NCBI GenBank assembly: GCA_964106915.2
Contig: OZ066914.1
Direction: 5' to 3' (one strand)
DNA from: Podarcis gaigeae
Lineage: Eukaryota
DNA: 64,000 nt
Shown here one piece after another: positions 49,272 through 61,400 of this stretch. Every line of letters begins with the position of its first letter. The first letter of the stretch is position 1. The position numbers and the translations under genes are program-made. The notes beneath the pieces are model-generated. The model saw only the letters and a program-made list of their open reading frames with translations, was not told the origin of the DNA and ran no database searches.

Positions 49272-52200
49272 TACATGAGATGAGAATGAAGAAATAATAA
49301 ACCTCATTGCCTGAGGATAGGGAGAGGAAATGATTTTGAACTGCAGGGATGTACATTAGAATGAACATAAAGAAGGGTTTCCTACTATAAGAGCAGCCTG
49401 CAAATGGAATTGATAGCTTAGAGAGGCTTCCTTGAGGGTCTCCTATTAAGTTGAAATAAGATCTATTTGGGATACTCTAATTGTAGTATGGTAATCTCAG
49501 ATCAGGAAAGCTCCTCCAAGTCGGTGACTTGGATCATTTACAAACCCCCCACCCCATGGAGATGAACCCTAGCAAAAGCTGTACTTGTTAAATTTTGGAA
49601 TAAGCAATTGGAGGGTCAATTTTCTACGCAGTTAATTTCTTGACAACACCACAGGAGAAGTGTGAGGTGCTTATAAGAAGGAGAGCTGGGCTCCTTCTGC
49701 CGCTGAAGATTAGCTGTGAGCTTCATTTTATCACCATATTTGTCTTCATGCTGAAAAGCACAGCTGTCACACTCAGATGTGCTGTTAATACGCACAAAAA
49801 CCACAATTTAAAAAATTCTAAGACCATATTTCAGCTATACTAGACCGTAAGGTGTCTTATAGTAAGACTTGGTAGCATCTCTAGAAATCAGACCTAAGCA
49901 ATACTTCGCAATGCTTCTTTTTAATAAAGTAAAATGAAATGGTTGAGTTACAGCTGGGATAATCATAACCAGACATACCTCTTGGATACACACCAAAGCC
50001 CACTCCCCTCCCAATTATTTTATTTTAAAAACTTTTTGTTATTTGGTTTTGAAGGGGTGCCTGCTTTTTGGTTTGTGTTTTATAAGTTTTTGGAGGGTGC
50101 AGGGTGGTTTTTTTGCCTGTTGGGGTCTGAAAGCTGCCAGTCCCCGCCCTTCTGTGAAATGGGTATTTTGTGTGCCCATGACGATTTCTTAACTTTCTGA
50201 ATGTGCCCCTGGACACAAATAATTTGTGATCCCCTGGGTTACAAGAATACTTTCATAAGCAGTTGTACAAAACAGAAGGAAGCAAATGACAGCTAAACCA
50301 ATCTTGGTTGCAAGGAGTCGATGCAAAGGGACTCAGATTTCAGCCGTTTTGCTCAATTTTAAAAACAAAGCAGATGAAGCTCACTCAGCAAGGGCTGTCA
50401 TTTTAAAGCACGAAGCCTTTCTGCTTCATGCAAAAGAGGTCTACACATTTGTATACACTTCCTCCTTAAACATGCATGTGAAATTGAATACACATCCATA
50501 AATACAGCAGAATATTGTTGCTGTTTTACAAAAGAAAAAAAGGGGGGAAAGCCCAACTAGTTTTTCATCAACTGTGCAAACACAGACCTTCAAGAGAAAC
50601 TATACAGAAGTAAAGAAAGTCAGAGCAGAATTATCGTGCTTACATTTATTGCACCAGTGGTAAGCATTCAACAGGAACAATGTTGCATAGAACGTAGGAC
50701 TGGAAAGTTTTGGGCTCAAATGCTTGCACAGGCCTAAAGTCAACTTGGTGTTCTGTCCCTTAGGCTAGCCTACCTCATAGGACTGGTGGGATAATTCTAT
50801 GTGTATGCTACCCTGAGCACCTTGATAGAGGAAAGATGAGATGTAAGTTTCATGAAAAAATGTAAAGTGCTGTTCATTGGCTGAACTTTGCTGAAATAAT
50901 GGGTGATTGAGTTACCATTCCATAAGTAATAAGAGGAACAATATAAAACTGATAGGCAAACGTGCAGAGATTTTCCAGAGAATGCTTATGTTTTTCCTTG
51001 TGGGGCAAATAACAGGTGTGAGAAGAGTAATTTTCCTCAGGAAAATGGCAGGGAAGTCAGCCCCCACTCTGGCTGAAAAGAAAAAGGTGTATGAAAGAGG
51101 CAGGACCCTAAGCTGAAGGGCGATGGGTGAAGTAAACGGGGGGGGGGGGGGGGAGAGAGTGGATATCAGAAAGAAAGGACAGGAATGAAAACGCTGGAGG
51201 TCCAAAGACCACTGTGTTGGTGTTTCTGATTTAACTCTACAGATCTTGGCTGTAGGCTTCATAGGTCACCTGTTCCCAGCTTCAGATGGGTACACACACC
51301 CTCAAACCTGGCCCAAGACATTTTGTTGTGTAAGGCAAAATGGCGCCCCGTCCTTCTCCTCCACCACCACCTGAGGTGACTGGAGATAGCCCATTGAGGC
51401 CCCAGTGTGCTGAAGGCAGAGGGGGAGAAAAATGGCCAGAAAGGAGCAGGTTGGGGCACAAAGGCATGCTCCTCAGGAGCCTTCAGAGCCGAGGAGGAGG
51501 AGGGGTTGAGTCTCGGTGGGTGGGCAGCTGTTTCTGAGGTGGTGGCAGAGGGCTTTCCTTCTCAGAGGGTGACTGGGATGGTGACAGCAGCTCCTATCCA
51601 CAGATGAAAGGAGAATGGCAAAAGCAGCCAACGCATGTAAGAACACTCCTCTTTTTCCAGATCTGCTGCTCCTCACAGCTGTCCCCACCCTGTCACCTGA
51701 GGCAACTGTCTCAGTGGGGCTAATGGGCTGGCTGGCCCTGCACCCCCCCCCCCCCGGTTTCATTCCCACTTTTCCTTGACTCCAACCACTCCCATTTCCA
51801 TATGTTTCTTTCATCCCCGTGTGTCAGCTTCATGAAAGCATGTAAGCAAATTTGGGCCAACTCACAGAAATAACAATAGTCAAATATCTCCAGCTATTCT
51901 TTGCCGTGTGACACTTTGAGAAATGAAGAGGCCAAGTGGGCTTTTATTTGCATCTGTATGTTTATACTGCATGCCAATGTGAGCTAAATGAAAAGAAAAC
52001 CTTAGAAGGGATAATGTCTGTGTATTTGCCCAACAGCCAATTCTATAAACAGAAAAGTCATGGAGTCCTTGCCAGGCTGTGCCTATTTATCACCATCTCT
52101 ATTCAGGAATAGGGAAGGGAATATGATAGCAGAGATAGGAACGTAAGGAACTGCCTTATGCCAATTCAGATCATTGGCCTGTCTAGCCCAGCATTCCTTT

Positions 52201-53901
52201 GTATACTAGGAAAGTTCTTCATCCTGCGCAGTGTTGTTTGCGTTGACTGACAGCAGTTGATAAGAATTTCAGACCAGGGGTTTTCCCTGGAAATGCTGGG
52301 AATCTGCATGCAAAACCCTTGCCCAAAATAGGTCCAAGGAAGTCAGGAGTGAGAGAGTTCAGTGAAGCTGTCAAGTGGGCCTAGGCTTGGTAATTGAGGC
52401 ATTATGGGAGAGCAAGAATGAGCGGCCATATTGGTTCCCAAGACCTCTTGAAAACAACAGAGCAGCTGGTAGGCTTTGCTGCCGAAAAACAATTGGGGAA
52501 GGCAGCTTCCTTTGTCGTGGTGCTGAGGGTTGGGGCGGGGGATGGAGGTGAGGACAGGCTTTGTGCCTGTGTTGGCATGCAAGAGAAATTCCTACCCCAA
52601 TTAGGGCTTATGAACTAATTGGCAGCACACTCCCATTCCAGCAGCCAAAGCCAAACAATCGCAGACAATTTATTTCCTCCATGGGCAGCTAACAAAGCAC
52701 AGGATCCTTCAGGCAGCCACCATGACTCAACTGGATCCCTTCTGCATTCGTTGTGAAGTATTTCTTAGAAAGAGGTTTTGAAAAGTGTTTCAACAAAGCC
52801 ACACCAGCCTTTAGCCTGCCAGACCATTCAAAACAGAGGCTTTGGTCTTTGAGTCAGGCTCAGGGCCAGGGTTTGTGCATACTACTAACAAGTGCGCTGC
52901 CCCTCACATGGTCATTGCTATGGGCTTGTGTGCACCTGTACACATCTGTTGCACTTATGTGACTTTAAAAAGCTGGAGGAAACCTTGAAACATTTATGTG
53001 ACATTGACTTAAGCCAGGATGTGAGGAGTCAGGTTCTTCCCCTCTCATTGGCCAAAGTTGAAAATTAATAGTAAAAAGCAAGGCGTCTGTGGTAAATGTA
53101 TTCAAAATTAGTATGAAAGCAGCTCAGAAGGAATGAGGTGCAAGGTAATGGCCAGGCCAAGATAAGGCCATCACATTCGGATATTTAACAAAACATAAAA
53201 TTTCCATCCAAGATGGTTGTCAACAGAAATGGAATGGGAGAACATCATACCAGGCAACTTTTTTGGATCTGAATCCAGAATGCACGTCTTCTGGGATGCG
53301 TTCATGGGCATTTCACGTGACCCATGCTGCACCCCAACCCCCAAAAAGTGCTTTTGGGGGGCTAGAGCACAGCACAAAAGCACGTGAGATCACGGCACTC
53401 AAAATGGCCACCGAGATCTTGCATGAAAAAATGGGATGCCCCATTTTTTCCAGGGCACTTGGCAGGTATGGAATATTTTATTTCTTTCAGTGGAAAACAA
53501 ATGGCTATACAGGGAAGCAGTGGTTCACGAGGTCCAATTACTGTTTGCCTGGGTGAATCATAGCCAAAAATGACACAGTGTGGTCAGGCACAGGATTGTC
53601 ACCTTTACTCGAAGGGTCAGGGCTGGTATCAGTATCTGGCATCCTGCTGGGGCCCTAGAACTCTGGCAGGGCTCATCACTGGTGCCTGGTGCTTCAAGCA
53701 ATGCCCAACAGCTCAATCTCACAGCCATTTTGATTTCCCAGAATACCTCAGGGGATTTGTGGGAAATTAAAATAGGGATACCAGTGGAAGTGAGGACCTG
53801 CAGACAAATAAAGGAGGAGGGCACTGTTTGCCCAGAACCTTGAAAATCTTGATCTAGTCAGAGAACATTTGAAATGTTTAAATTAAAATATTCCCTGTAG
53901 T

Positions 53902-54017
53902 CAGGGCTTTTTTTCACCCAGAACTCAGTTCCGGAACCTCTTAGGTGGGCACCATTGCCACTCTAAGAGAACAAGGGAGGTGTTCGTGGCACCTCTTTTT
54001 CTAGAAAAATAGCACTG
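53902..54017. mobile_element. hAT-type MITE
   Basis: CAGGGCTTTTTT...AAAATAGCACTG with TSD CCTGTAG(T/A). Confidence 0.7.
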
Positions 54018-54314
54018 CCTGTAGAGATATATTAAAAAGTATAGAAGTGAAGGAAGCCTCTTACTTCAGTAGTCAGAAACTAGCTAAGTGGCAACCTAGA
54101 TTAGAAATCCTTAATAGCAGAGTTGCCTCTGAGCTGCCTATGGTACATGCAAAAGGCATTGAAAGAGCTTGGGGAGGGAGGCCACAAACGCAGTTACTCC
54201 TAAGTATCTCTTCAGAGATTATAATAAGCAGATCACATGAAGACTGATTCACATACTGAGGTTACCACTGGGTCTAGGTTATGTTGAGTCATGCCCAGAT
54301 GTGTAGGTGGCACT

Positions 54315-54375
54315 GGCTACTTCGTTTTTCCGACGGAGGTTAACTCGTCAGACTAGTTTGCGATAGTTAGTAGCC
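54315..54375 (-). ncRNA. Candidate type III hammerhead-ribozyme-like RNA (core GAA instead of GAAA)
   Basis: Minus strand: GGCTAC-TA-ACTA(tcgcaaac)TAGT-CTGACGA-GTT(aacc TCC gtc GGA aa)AAC-GAA-GTAGCC. Stems III, I and II and the CUGANGA box are all in register. Confidence 0.5.
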
Positions 54376-56394
54376 TACTGCGTTTTAGTACCATAGCATA
54401 CTTGGGTGGCCTCATTCTTCCCCAGGGATATTTGAGTTTTCCTTCCCATTAATTAGCACACACTTCCTATAAAAGGAAATGGATGAACCTTTAGGTATCT
54501 AGGGCAGTGAGATCACTATAAATACACTGCTCTTTTAAAAAGGTAACATGACTGAAGCTGTTCCTTGAATCAGGAGATTGCATATAGGATACTTAAAGGA
54601 AAAATATATGAACGTGTTGGGGTTTTTTTTTTTTGGGGGGGGGTAATATTGTTGATTTTCCAGCGTGCAGAACAGTCTCACAACACAGGCCTCTTCTTCC
54701 CATATTGTTTTCCAGCCCCTTCAGCCACAGGCATCTTTGAGATGCTCATTGTAAGGCATGCTGCGCATTCTGGAGAGCAGAATGTTACAAAGCTAGTAAA
54801 GGAAAGTAGCATCTCTTTGAACTGGGGTAGCTAACAACAACTTATGCCTGTGTATGGCCCTCCAACTGGTTTGTTGTGCTCCCCAGTCGCTCCTCGAAAT
54901 GTGTCACTTTAATTTTTTTTTATTTTTTGGACTGCTCCTATAGGTCTCCAGCTGTGTTGTCAAATTATTATTTTTAGTCCTTTTAAATAATAATAATAAT
55001 GTAGATTTTTAAATTGACTGGTCCCTTAGGTTGTCTGCTGTGATACTATTATTTTGCTGACTGCTTCTTGTTGTGACACAGGGATGCCAAAATATTGTGT
55101 GACCATCCAAGACCCAAGATCTGCTCATTTTAAATAAAAATAAACATTTTAATATCACCCCCCCGACACAAAAATGTTCCCTTATGTACATAGGAAAACG
55201 GGAAGCTCCCTTATATTGTCTATTGATCCATTTAGTTTAGAATTGCTTATACTGACTGGTAGCGACTCTCAAGTATGTCAGGGAGCCAACACTCCCAGTG
55301 CTTCCTGAAATAGAACCCAGGGCCTTCTGCATGAGACACAGATGCTATCTCTGCGCTATGGTACCCCAATGTGATGCCCAAATGATTTTTGTAGCTCCTC
55401 AATCCCCCCCCCAACGTATATAACGGCAGTTTAAAAAACAGAGGCAAAAGCACGCCATAAAACCGAGTGCAATCCAGTTAAAAATAGTTCAGCAGCTTGA
55501 TAAAATAGAGGCACCAAGACCCTAGGAAAAGGCAACCCAAATATATATATAAAGGCCTCTTTGAAGGCTTGTACTGTCAGGGCCATTTGTAATTCATTTG
55601 TAAGGGAGTTCTACAGCCCAGGAGATGCTCTTGCTTAAAGACTATCTTTCTTCTAGCAAGCGGAGGCAGCTCTCATGTATTAAATTGTAATTTATCTCAC
55701 ACTTCCTTCAGTATCTAAAAAAGGCATCTATATTGAGGTTTTGACAGCCAGCAGTCAATTAACTAAAAATGAAAAGCAGGTAATTAACCAATTCAAATTC
55801 TGTAATCAGTTCACAGCCCCAGTCCTCCTACATTTTGAGCCAATGAAGCATTTTAGTTCCTGGACAGAATAAATCTGGGGGGGGGGGGGGGAGATAACGT
55901 GGTACAGGTGTAACATAGTACACCTGTAACTAAAGTGCTGCCTATACCTTCCCAAGTGCTGCTCTAAGATGCCACCTGGTGGTTGTTTCTGAATGCTGCT
56001 GTACACTGAAGTGGGAAGGGGAGGGAGGAGGAGGAGGAGGAGAACGACAGGAACAGGGGGAACTGACCATGGCAGTAATGGATGAACTCATATGTGGAAA
56101 AGCAAAGGAACTGGATATTGCGAGCTAGGCTCAGTCCTAGTGGTACAGAACACAGAAAGATGGGGGCGATTATGAGGTTCAAAACACAGAAATATGGAGT
56201 GATTGTGGGGTTCAGAGCAGCAGAAATTAGAAGCCGTGAAAGACGGAATGGGACTATCATTAGGCTGCCCAAAACTTGGTTGCCCATAAGAGTGTGGAAA
56301 GCGAGCAGTGCCACAGTGCTTCCTGACAAGGGTTGTACTGAGAAAAGCTGCAAATATTCTTATTCTTATTTTGCATTCAGGCCTTTCTTGATGA

Positions 56395-56396
<2 letters not shown>

Positions 56397-56437
<41 letters not shown>
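56397..56437. repeat. (CT)n microsatellite
   Basis: Read directly from the sequence. Confidence 0.95.
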
Positions 56438-56439
<2 letters not shown>

Positions 56440-57779
56440 GCCATTCTGATTTGTTTGTGAGGCAATTATATAACACTGATTGTGCATTCGCCCTGATCTG
56501 CTCCTAGGGAGTTGTCATTACTCATTCATTCATCCCACACTTTCCAGTACATTTTCCCATCAGTTTCCAAACTGTGAAAAGTCCTGTTTCTTTTTCGATG
56601 GGGATTTGTTGCACTAGGGTGGCAGAGCCCTTTAATCCAATTTAATTGGAGAAGCCAGGTTTCGGAATGCTCTTAGATCCCTCTTGCAAAACAGCGACAA
56701 TTAGAAAATGGAAATAAATGGGATGTCAATGTGTTTTGCATCATTACCAAAAATAAGTCTGGTTCCTTCAAAGGGAGCCACAACAACCTACCCTGCCATT
56801 TGCATCCGTGAGTCATTTGCAATGACTGTTTGCCTGTTATTTATCAAACATGTTAAATTTGTATCTTATCTTTCCCACCAAATGATGTTCAGGGTGGCTA
56901 ACAGCAACAATACACGTACAACGACACAGCAATAAATGTAACAAACACAAATCAGGTAGAGCATCACTAAAAAAATTAAGAACAAATTACAACATACTTG
57001 CAAATCAGTTTATGGTTCAAAGTCCTGTCTAAATAAATAGGTCTTTAACTGCTGGCAGAAAGTCATCAGAGATGGAGCTAGCTGGACCCCTCTTGGTAAG
57101 AGACCCTAGACATTTAGAGCTACCACAGAGCAGGCTCCATCTTGAGTTACCACCACATGAGCATCAGATGTTTGTGGGGCAGACAAAATGGCCTCTCCCA
57201 AGGATCTATGGACATCACTGTTAGTTTGACAGGAGCACTTGCTCCTGTTGTTTTTTATTTCAGGGGTTTATTACAGCTCAGCAGCAGTCATCTTTTTCCA
57301 CCAATCTTCCTCCTCAACAATACCAATTATTTTCATTTCACAATATTATCACATGTTGATACCAACACAACTTGTAATGGTTAATCTCTTGCTCAGGAAC
57401 AGAATCATGTTTCAGGGTGGTGCTTAGTATGTCTTTCGGATTAACCTACCTGAATCCCTGAGAATTAACCAAAAGCTGCTAAATTAAGTTCACCACATTT
57501 TGTGCTCAAGTAAAAGAAAATATGCCTGAGCATTTTCTACTTTTTTTAAGAGGACAAGAAATCTTGGGTGCAAACATATAGATACTATTAAGCTGTTCAT
57601 GAGGAAAGAAAAAGAAAGAAATATTATTCTAACCATTTCTACTTTTAGCTTATTTTATTAAAGAAGAGGGATGCAATAATAACAAAAGTAGCCCTGTTCA
57701 GACAACATAGATATGTTGGTTATGCATGGAGACATGAGGGTAGTGTTGGGATCGTATCTGAAAGTACTCCTTTCTATAT

Positions 57780-57970
57780 AGGAGGAGAAGGCTATTGACA
57801 GCTACCAGGCATGAGGGCTGGAGGCAGTAATGATTCTGAATACCAAGTTGCCACAGGAGAGAAGAGGGCTCTTGTGTTCAAATCCTGCTTTCTGGCTTTC
57901 CACAAGCATCTGATTGTGAGAACAGAATGCTAGTCTAGATGGGACATTGGCATGATCCATGTTCTTATGT
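57780..57970 (+). mobile_element. Old CR1-type LINE 3' end that served as the L1 target
   Basis: Aligns by eye with the reverse complement of the CR1-like fragment at 24120-24260. Ends ...GATGGGACATTGGCATGATCCATGTTCTTATG. Confidence 0.6.
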
Positions 57971-57994
57971 ACATTCACGGTAATCTCTGGCTGG
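57826..57994 (+). repeat. Left copy of the 169-bp perfect direct repeat (putative TSD of the L1)
   Basis: AGTAATGATTCTGAATACC...GGTAATCTCTGGCTGG, base-for-base identical to 62483-62651 by manual comparison. Confidence 0.95.
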
Positions 57995-58431
57995 CCTTCA
58001 GACTTGGAAGACTCACAAAGAGAGAAAAGCCCAGAGACTGTTTGATTACGTTGAGATCAAAGGAGGAAAGGGACAAGATTTTGGGCCTGCACTACGGAAG
58101 ATCCCTGAACATTTCGGACAAAAGAATTGAGATTTTTAAGGACATTCCTAAACAGCTGTTGGACCTCAGATCTGAATATTTGGACTTAGTAAAACTGCTG
58201 AGAAGCAACTCAATCATCTTTAGGTGGGACTTTCCCCAAGGATTATCTTTTACCTTTAGAGGGAAGAAGATTAAAATTAGAACTTTGGAAGATAGGGATA
58301 AGTTTTTGACTGCCTACGGAGAGGACCTTCATAAAGGACTTGAACTACCCTCAGGGCCTGAACCACCACAGGTACCTGTACCTCAGAACCCTGAAGACTC
58401 ACAGAACAAAACACCATCCCAAGGAAACTAA
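57952..58431 (+). CDS. C-terminal half of L1 ORF1p (end of RRM plus CTD), fused in frame to an ATG in the flanking target DNA
   Basis: AFRLG...KPRDCLITL...KRIEIFKDIP...FRWDFPQGLSF resembles the L1 ORF1p RRM/CTD. The first 14 codons (57952-57993) come from the duplicated host flank. Confidence 0.7.
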   Translation: MIHVLMYIHGNLWLAFRLGRLTKREKPRDCLITLRSKEERDKILGLHYGRSLNISDKRIEIFKDIPKQLLDLRSEYLDLVKLLRSNSIIFRWDFPQGLSFTFRGKKIKIRTLEDRDKFLTAYGEDLHKGLELPSGPEPPQVPVPQNPEDSQNKTPSQGN

Positions 58432-61400
58432 ACAGATCCATCCAGGATGTCTCTGCAACTTTTAAGCTGGAACATAAATGGCTGTAACAGCCCGGAAAAA
58501 AGGAAGAAAATCTTTCACATATTAAAAAAGGAGCAACTAGACATTACTTGTCTACAAGAAACACATGTGACTAGGCTCCACAGAAAAATATTGGTAAATA
58601 AAAGGTTAGGCCAAGAATTTATATCTTCGGATTCAGTTAAGAAGAGAGGAGTGGTGATATATGCAAAGGAGAGCCTCTCACCAAAATTTCTATTTAAAGA
58701 TGAACATGGAAGAATTTTGGCAATTGAAATACAGCACCAAGGAGAGAAAATTTTGATATTAGGAATCTACGCTCCAAATGAAGGGAAATCAGAATTCTAC
58801 AAGAAGTTGCATGAGATTATGCTGGATTATCTGGACTATGATAACATCATCATGATGGGAGATATGAATGGGATCGTTTCAACGAACATGGATAGGTCAC
58901 AAAGCCAAAAGGTTACTAAAGATGGCAGACTACCAAAGACCTTTTTCGAAATGACAGACAACATGGACTGGATTGATATATGGAGGACAAAGAACCCCTT
59001 GGGGAAAGAAGGAACATTTTTCTCTGAAGCCCAACTGACTTGGACAAGAATTGACCAAATATGGATTTCTAGAGGTCTGGCTCCTAAGGTGAAGAAAGTG
59101 GAAATCTGCCCAAAGACCTGCTCCGATCATAATGCGTTGAAAATGGACATGACATTATTACCAACCGGCTCCTTTAGATGGAAGATGAATGACAACTTGT
59201 TTAGAGATCAGGAGATTATTAAGAAGGCCAAAAAAACAATAAAGGACTACTTTGAGATAAATTTGAACACTGCTGTGGAAAAAAGAACAATCTGGGACGC
59301 AAGCAAAGCTGTGATGAGAGGGTTCTTGATACAACAGAACGCCATAAAGAAAAGACTACAAAATGAGAAAAAGGATAAGATTTTGGGGAAAATTAAAGAG
59401 TTAGAGAAGAAACTAAGAGTAAACCCGAAGTCACAGCCGATCTTGAGAGAAATTAAACTTCATCAGGCACAATATTCCAAACTGATAAATCAGGAAATAG
59501 AATGGAAGATTAAATTAATGAAACAAAAAACATTTGAATCGGCTAACAAATGTGGGAAACTGCTGGCTTGGCAGTTGAAGAAGAGACAAAAGTTGAACAT
59601 AGTAACAAATTTGGAAATAGAAGGAAGATATATTCAGAACCCGGTGGAAATTAGAAAATGTTTCCAGAAATATTTTAAGAAATTATACACTCAAGGGCCA
59701 CAAAATGAGGAAGAGATTGCAAAATTTTTGGAGAAAAATGGACTTAAAAAACTATCACAAGAAAATAGATCACTCCTGAATAGTAAAATAACACGATTAG
59801 AGATAGAACATGCCATTCAGAATATGAAGCTGGGCAAGTCTCCAGGGCCAGATGGCTTGACCTCCAAGTATTATAAGACATTAAGTGACTATTTGATTCA
59901 ACCACTGATGGAGGTCAGCAATGAAATTATGGAGGGAAAGAAGGCGCCTGAATCGTGGAAGGAAGCTTTCATCACATTGATACCAAAATCAGAAACTGAA
60001 AAGACACAACTTAAGAACTACCGTCCCATTTCCCTTTTAAATGTGGATTATAAAATATTTGCTGACGTTTTGGCAGGAAGACTCAAAAGAGTTTTAAATG
60101 AGATAATTCATAAAGACCAGGCAGGCTTTCTCCCAGGAAGACACTTGTTTGCTAATACAAGGAACATTATTGACATTTTGGAACTTTTGCAAACAAATAT
60201 TAACACTAAAGCAGTTTTAATTTTTATAGACGCGGAGAAGGCCTTCGATAACATCTCTTGGAAATTTATGAAGGGGAATTTAAAAGAAATGGGAGTGGGG
60301 CGGGGTTTTGAAAATGGGATTGACGCGATTTATTCAGAACAAAAGGCAAAACTGATAGTCAACAATGTGGTTACAGAAGAGTTTAAGATTGAAAAAGGGA
60401 CACGACAAGGCTGCCCGATTTCCCCCTTGCTGTTTATTTCTGTCCTGGAGGTGCTCTTGAACTTGATTAGAGGGGACCGGTTGGTGCAAGGGATTCAGAT
60501 CGGAGCGAAACAATATAAACTTAAAGCTTTTGCAGATGACCTTGTTTTGACATTGCAAGAGCCAGAATCTAGCACAAAAAGAGTGTTACAATTGATTCAG
60601 GACTTTGGTCGGGTAGCGGGCTTCAAACTAAATAAACAGAAAACTAAGGTGTTGGGAAAAAACTTGACAGATGCAGAGTCAGAACGGTTTCAGAGAGAAA
60701 CAGAACTAACTGTGGTTAAAAAAGTAAAGTACCTAGGGGTAAACATAACAGCAAAAAATCTGAGTCTATTTAAGGACAATTATGAAAAATGTTGGTCTGA
60801 AATTAAGAGAGACTTGGACAGTTGGTCAAAATTGAAGCTTTCTTTGCTAGGCCGAATTGCTGCTATTAAGATGAATGTATTGCCTAGGATGTTGTTTTTG
60901 TTTCAAACATTGCAAATTGTGGACAAGACGGAGTGTTTCAGGAAGTGGCAGAGAGATATTTCTAAATTTGTCTGGCAGGGCAAAAAGCCCAGAATTAAGT
61001 TTAAGATATTAACTGATGCGAAAGAAAGAGGGGGCTTTGCCCTGCCAGACTTAAGGTTGTACTATGAAGCCGCAGCTTTCTGCTGGCTAAAAGACTGGCT
61101 ACTTCTAGAGGACACTGATGTGTTAGATTTAGAAGGTTTTAACAATGCATTTGGTTGGCATGCATACTTATGGTATGACAAAGTTAAGATCAATAAGGCC
61201 TTTAAGAACCATATTGTCAGGAAAGCAGTGTTTAATGTCTGGACAAAATACAAAGACCTATTGGAAAATAAAACTCCAAGATGGCTATCACCTCTGGAGG
61301 CTAAGGCCCGAAAAAGACCCAATATGGAGGCCAAATGGCCGAAATATTGGGAAATAATAGAGAAAGAGGGCAATAATTGGAAATTGCAGAGTTTGGAAAA

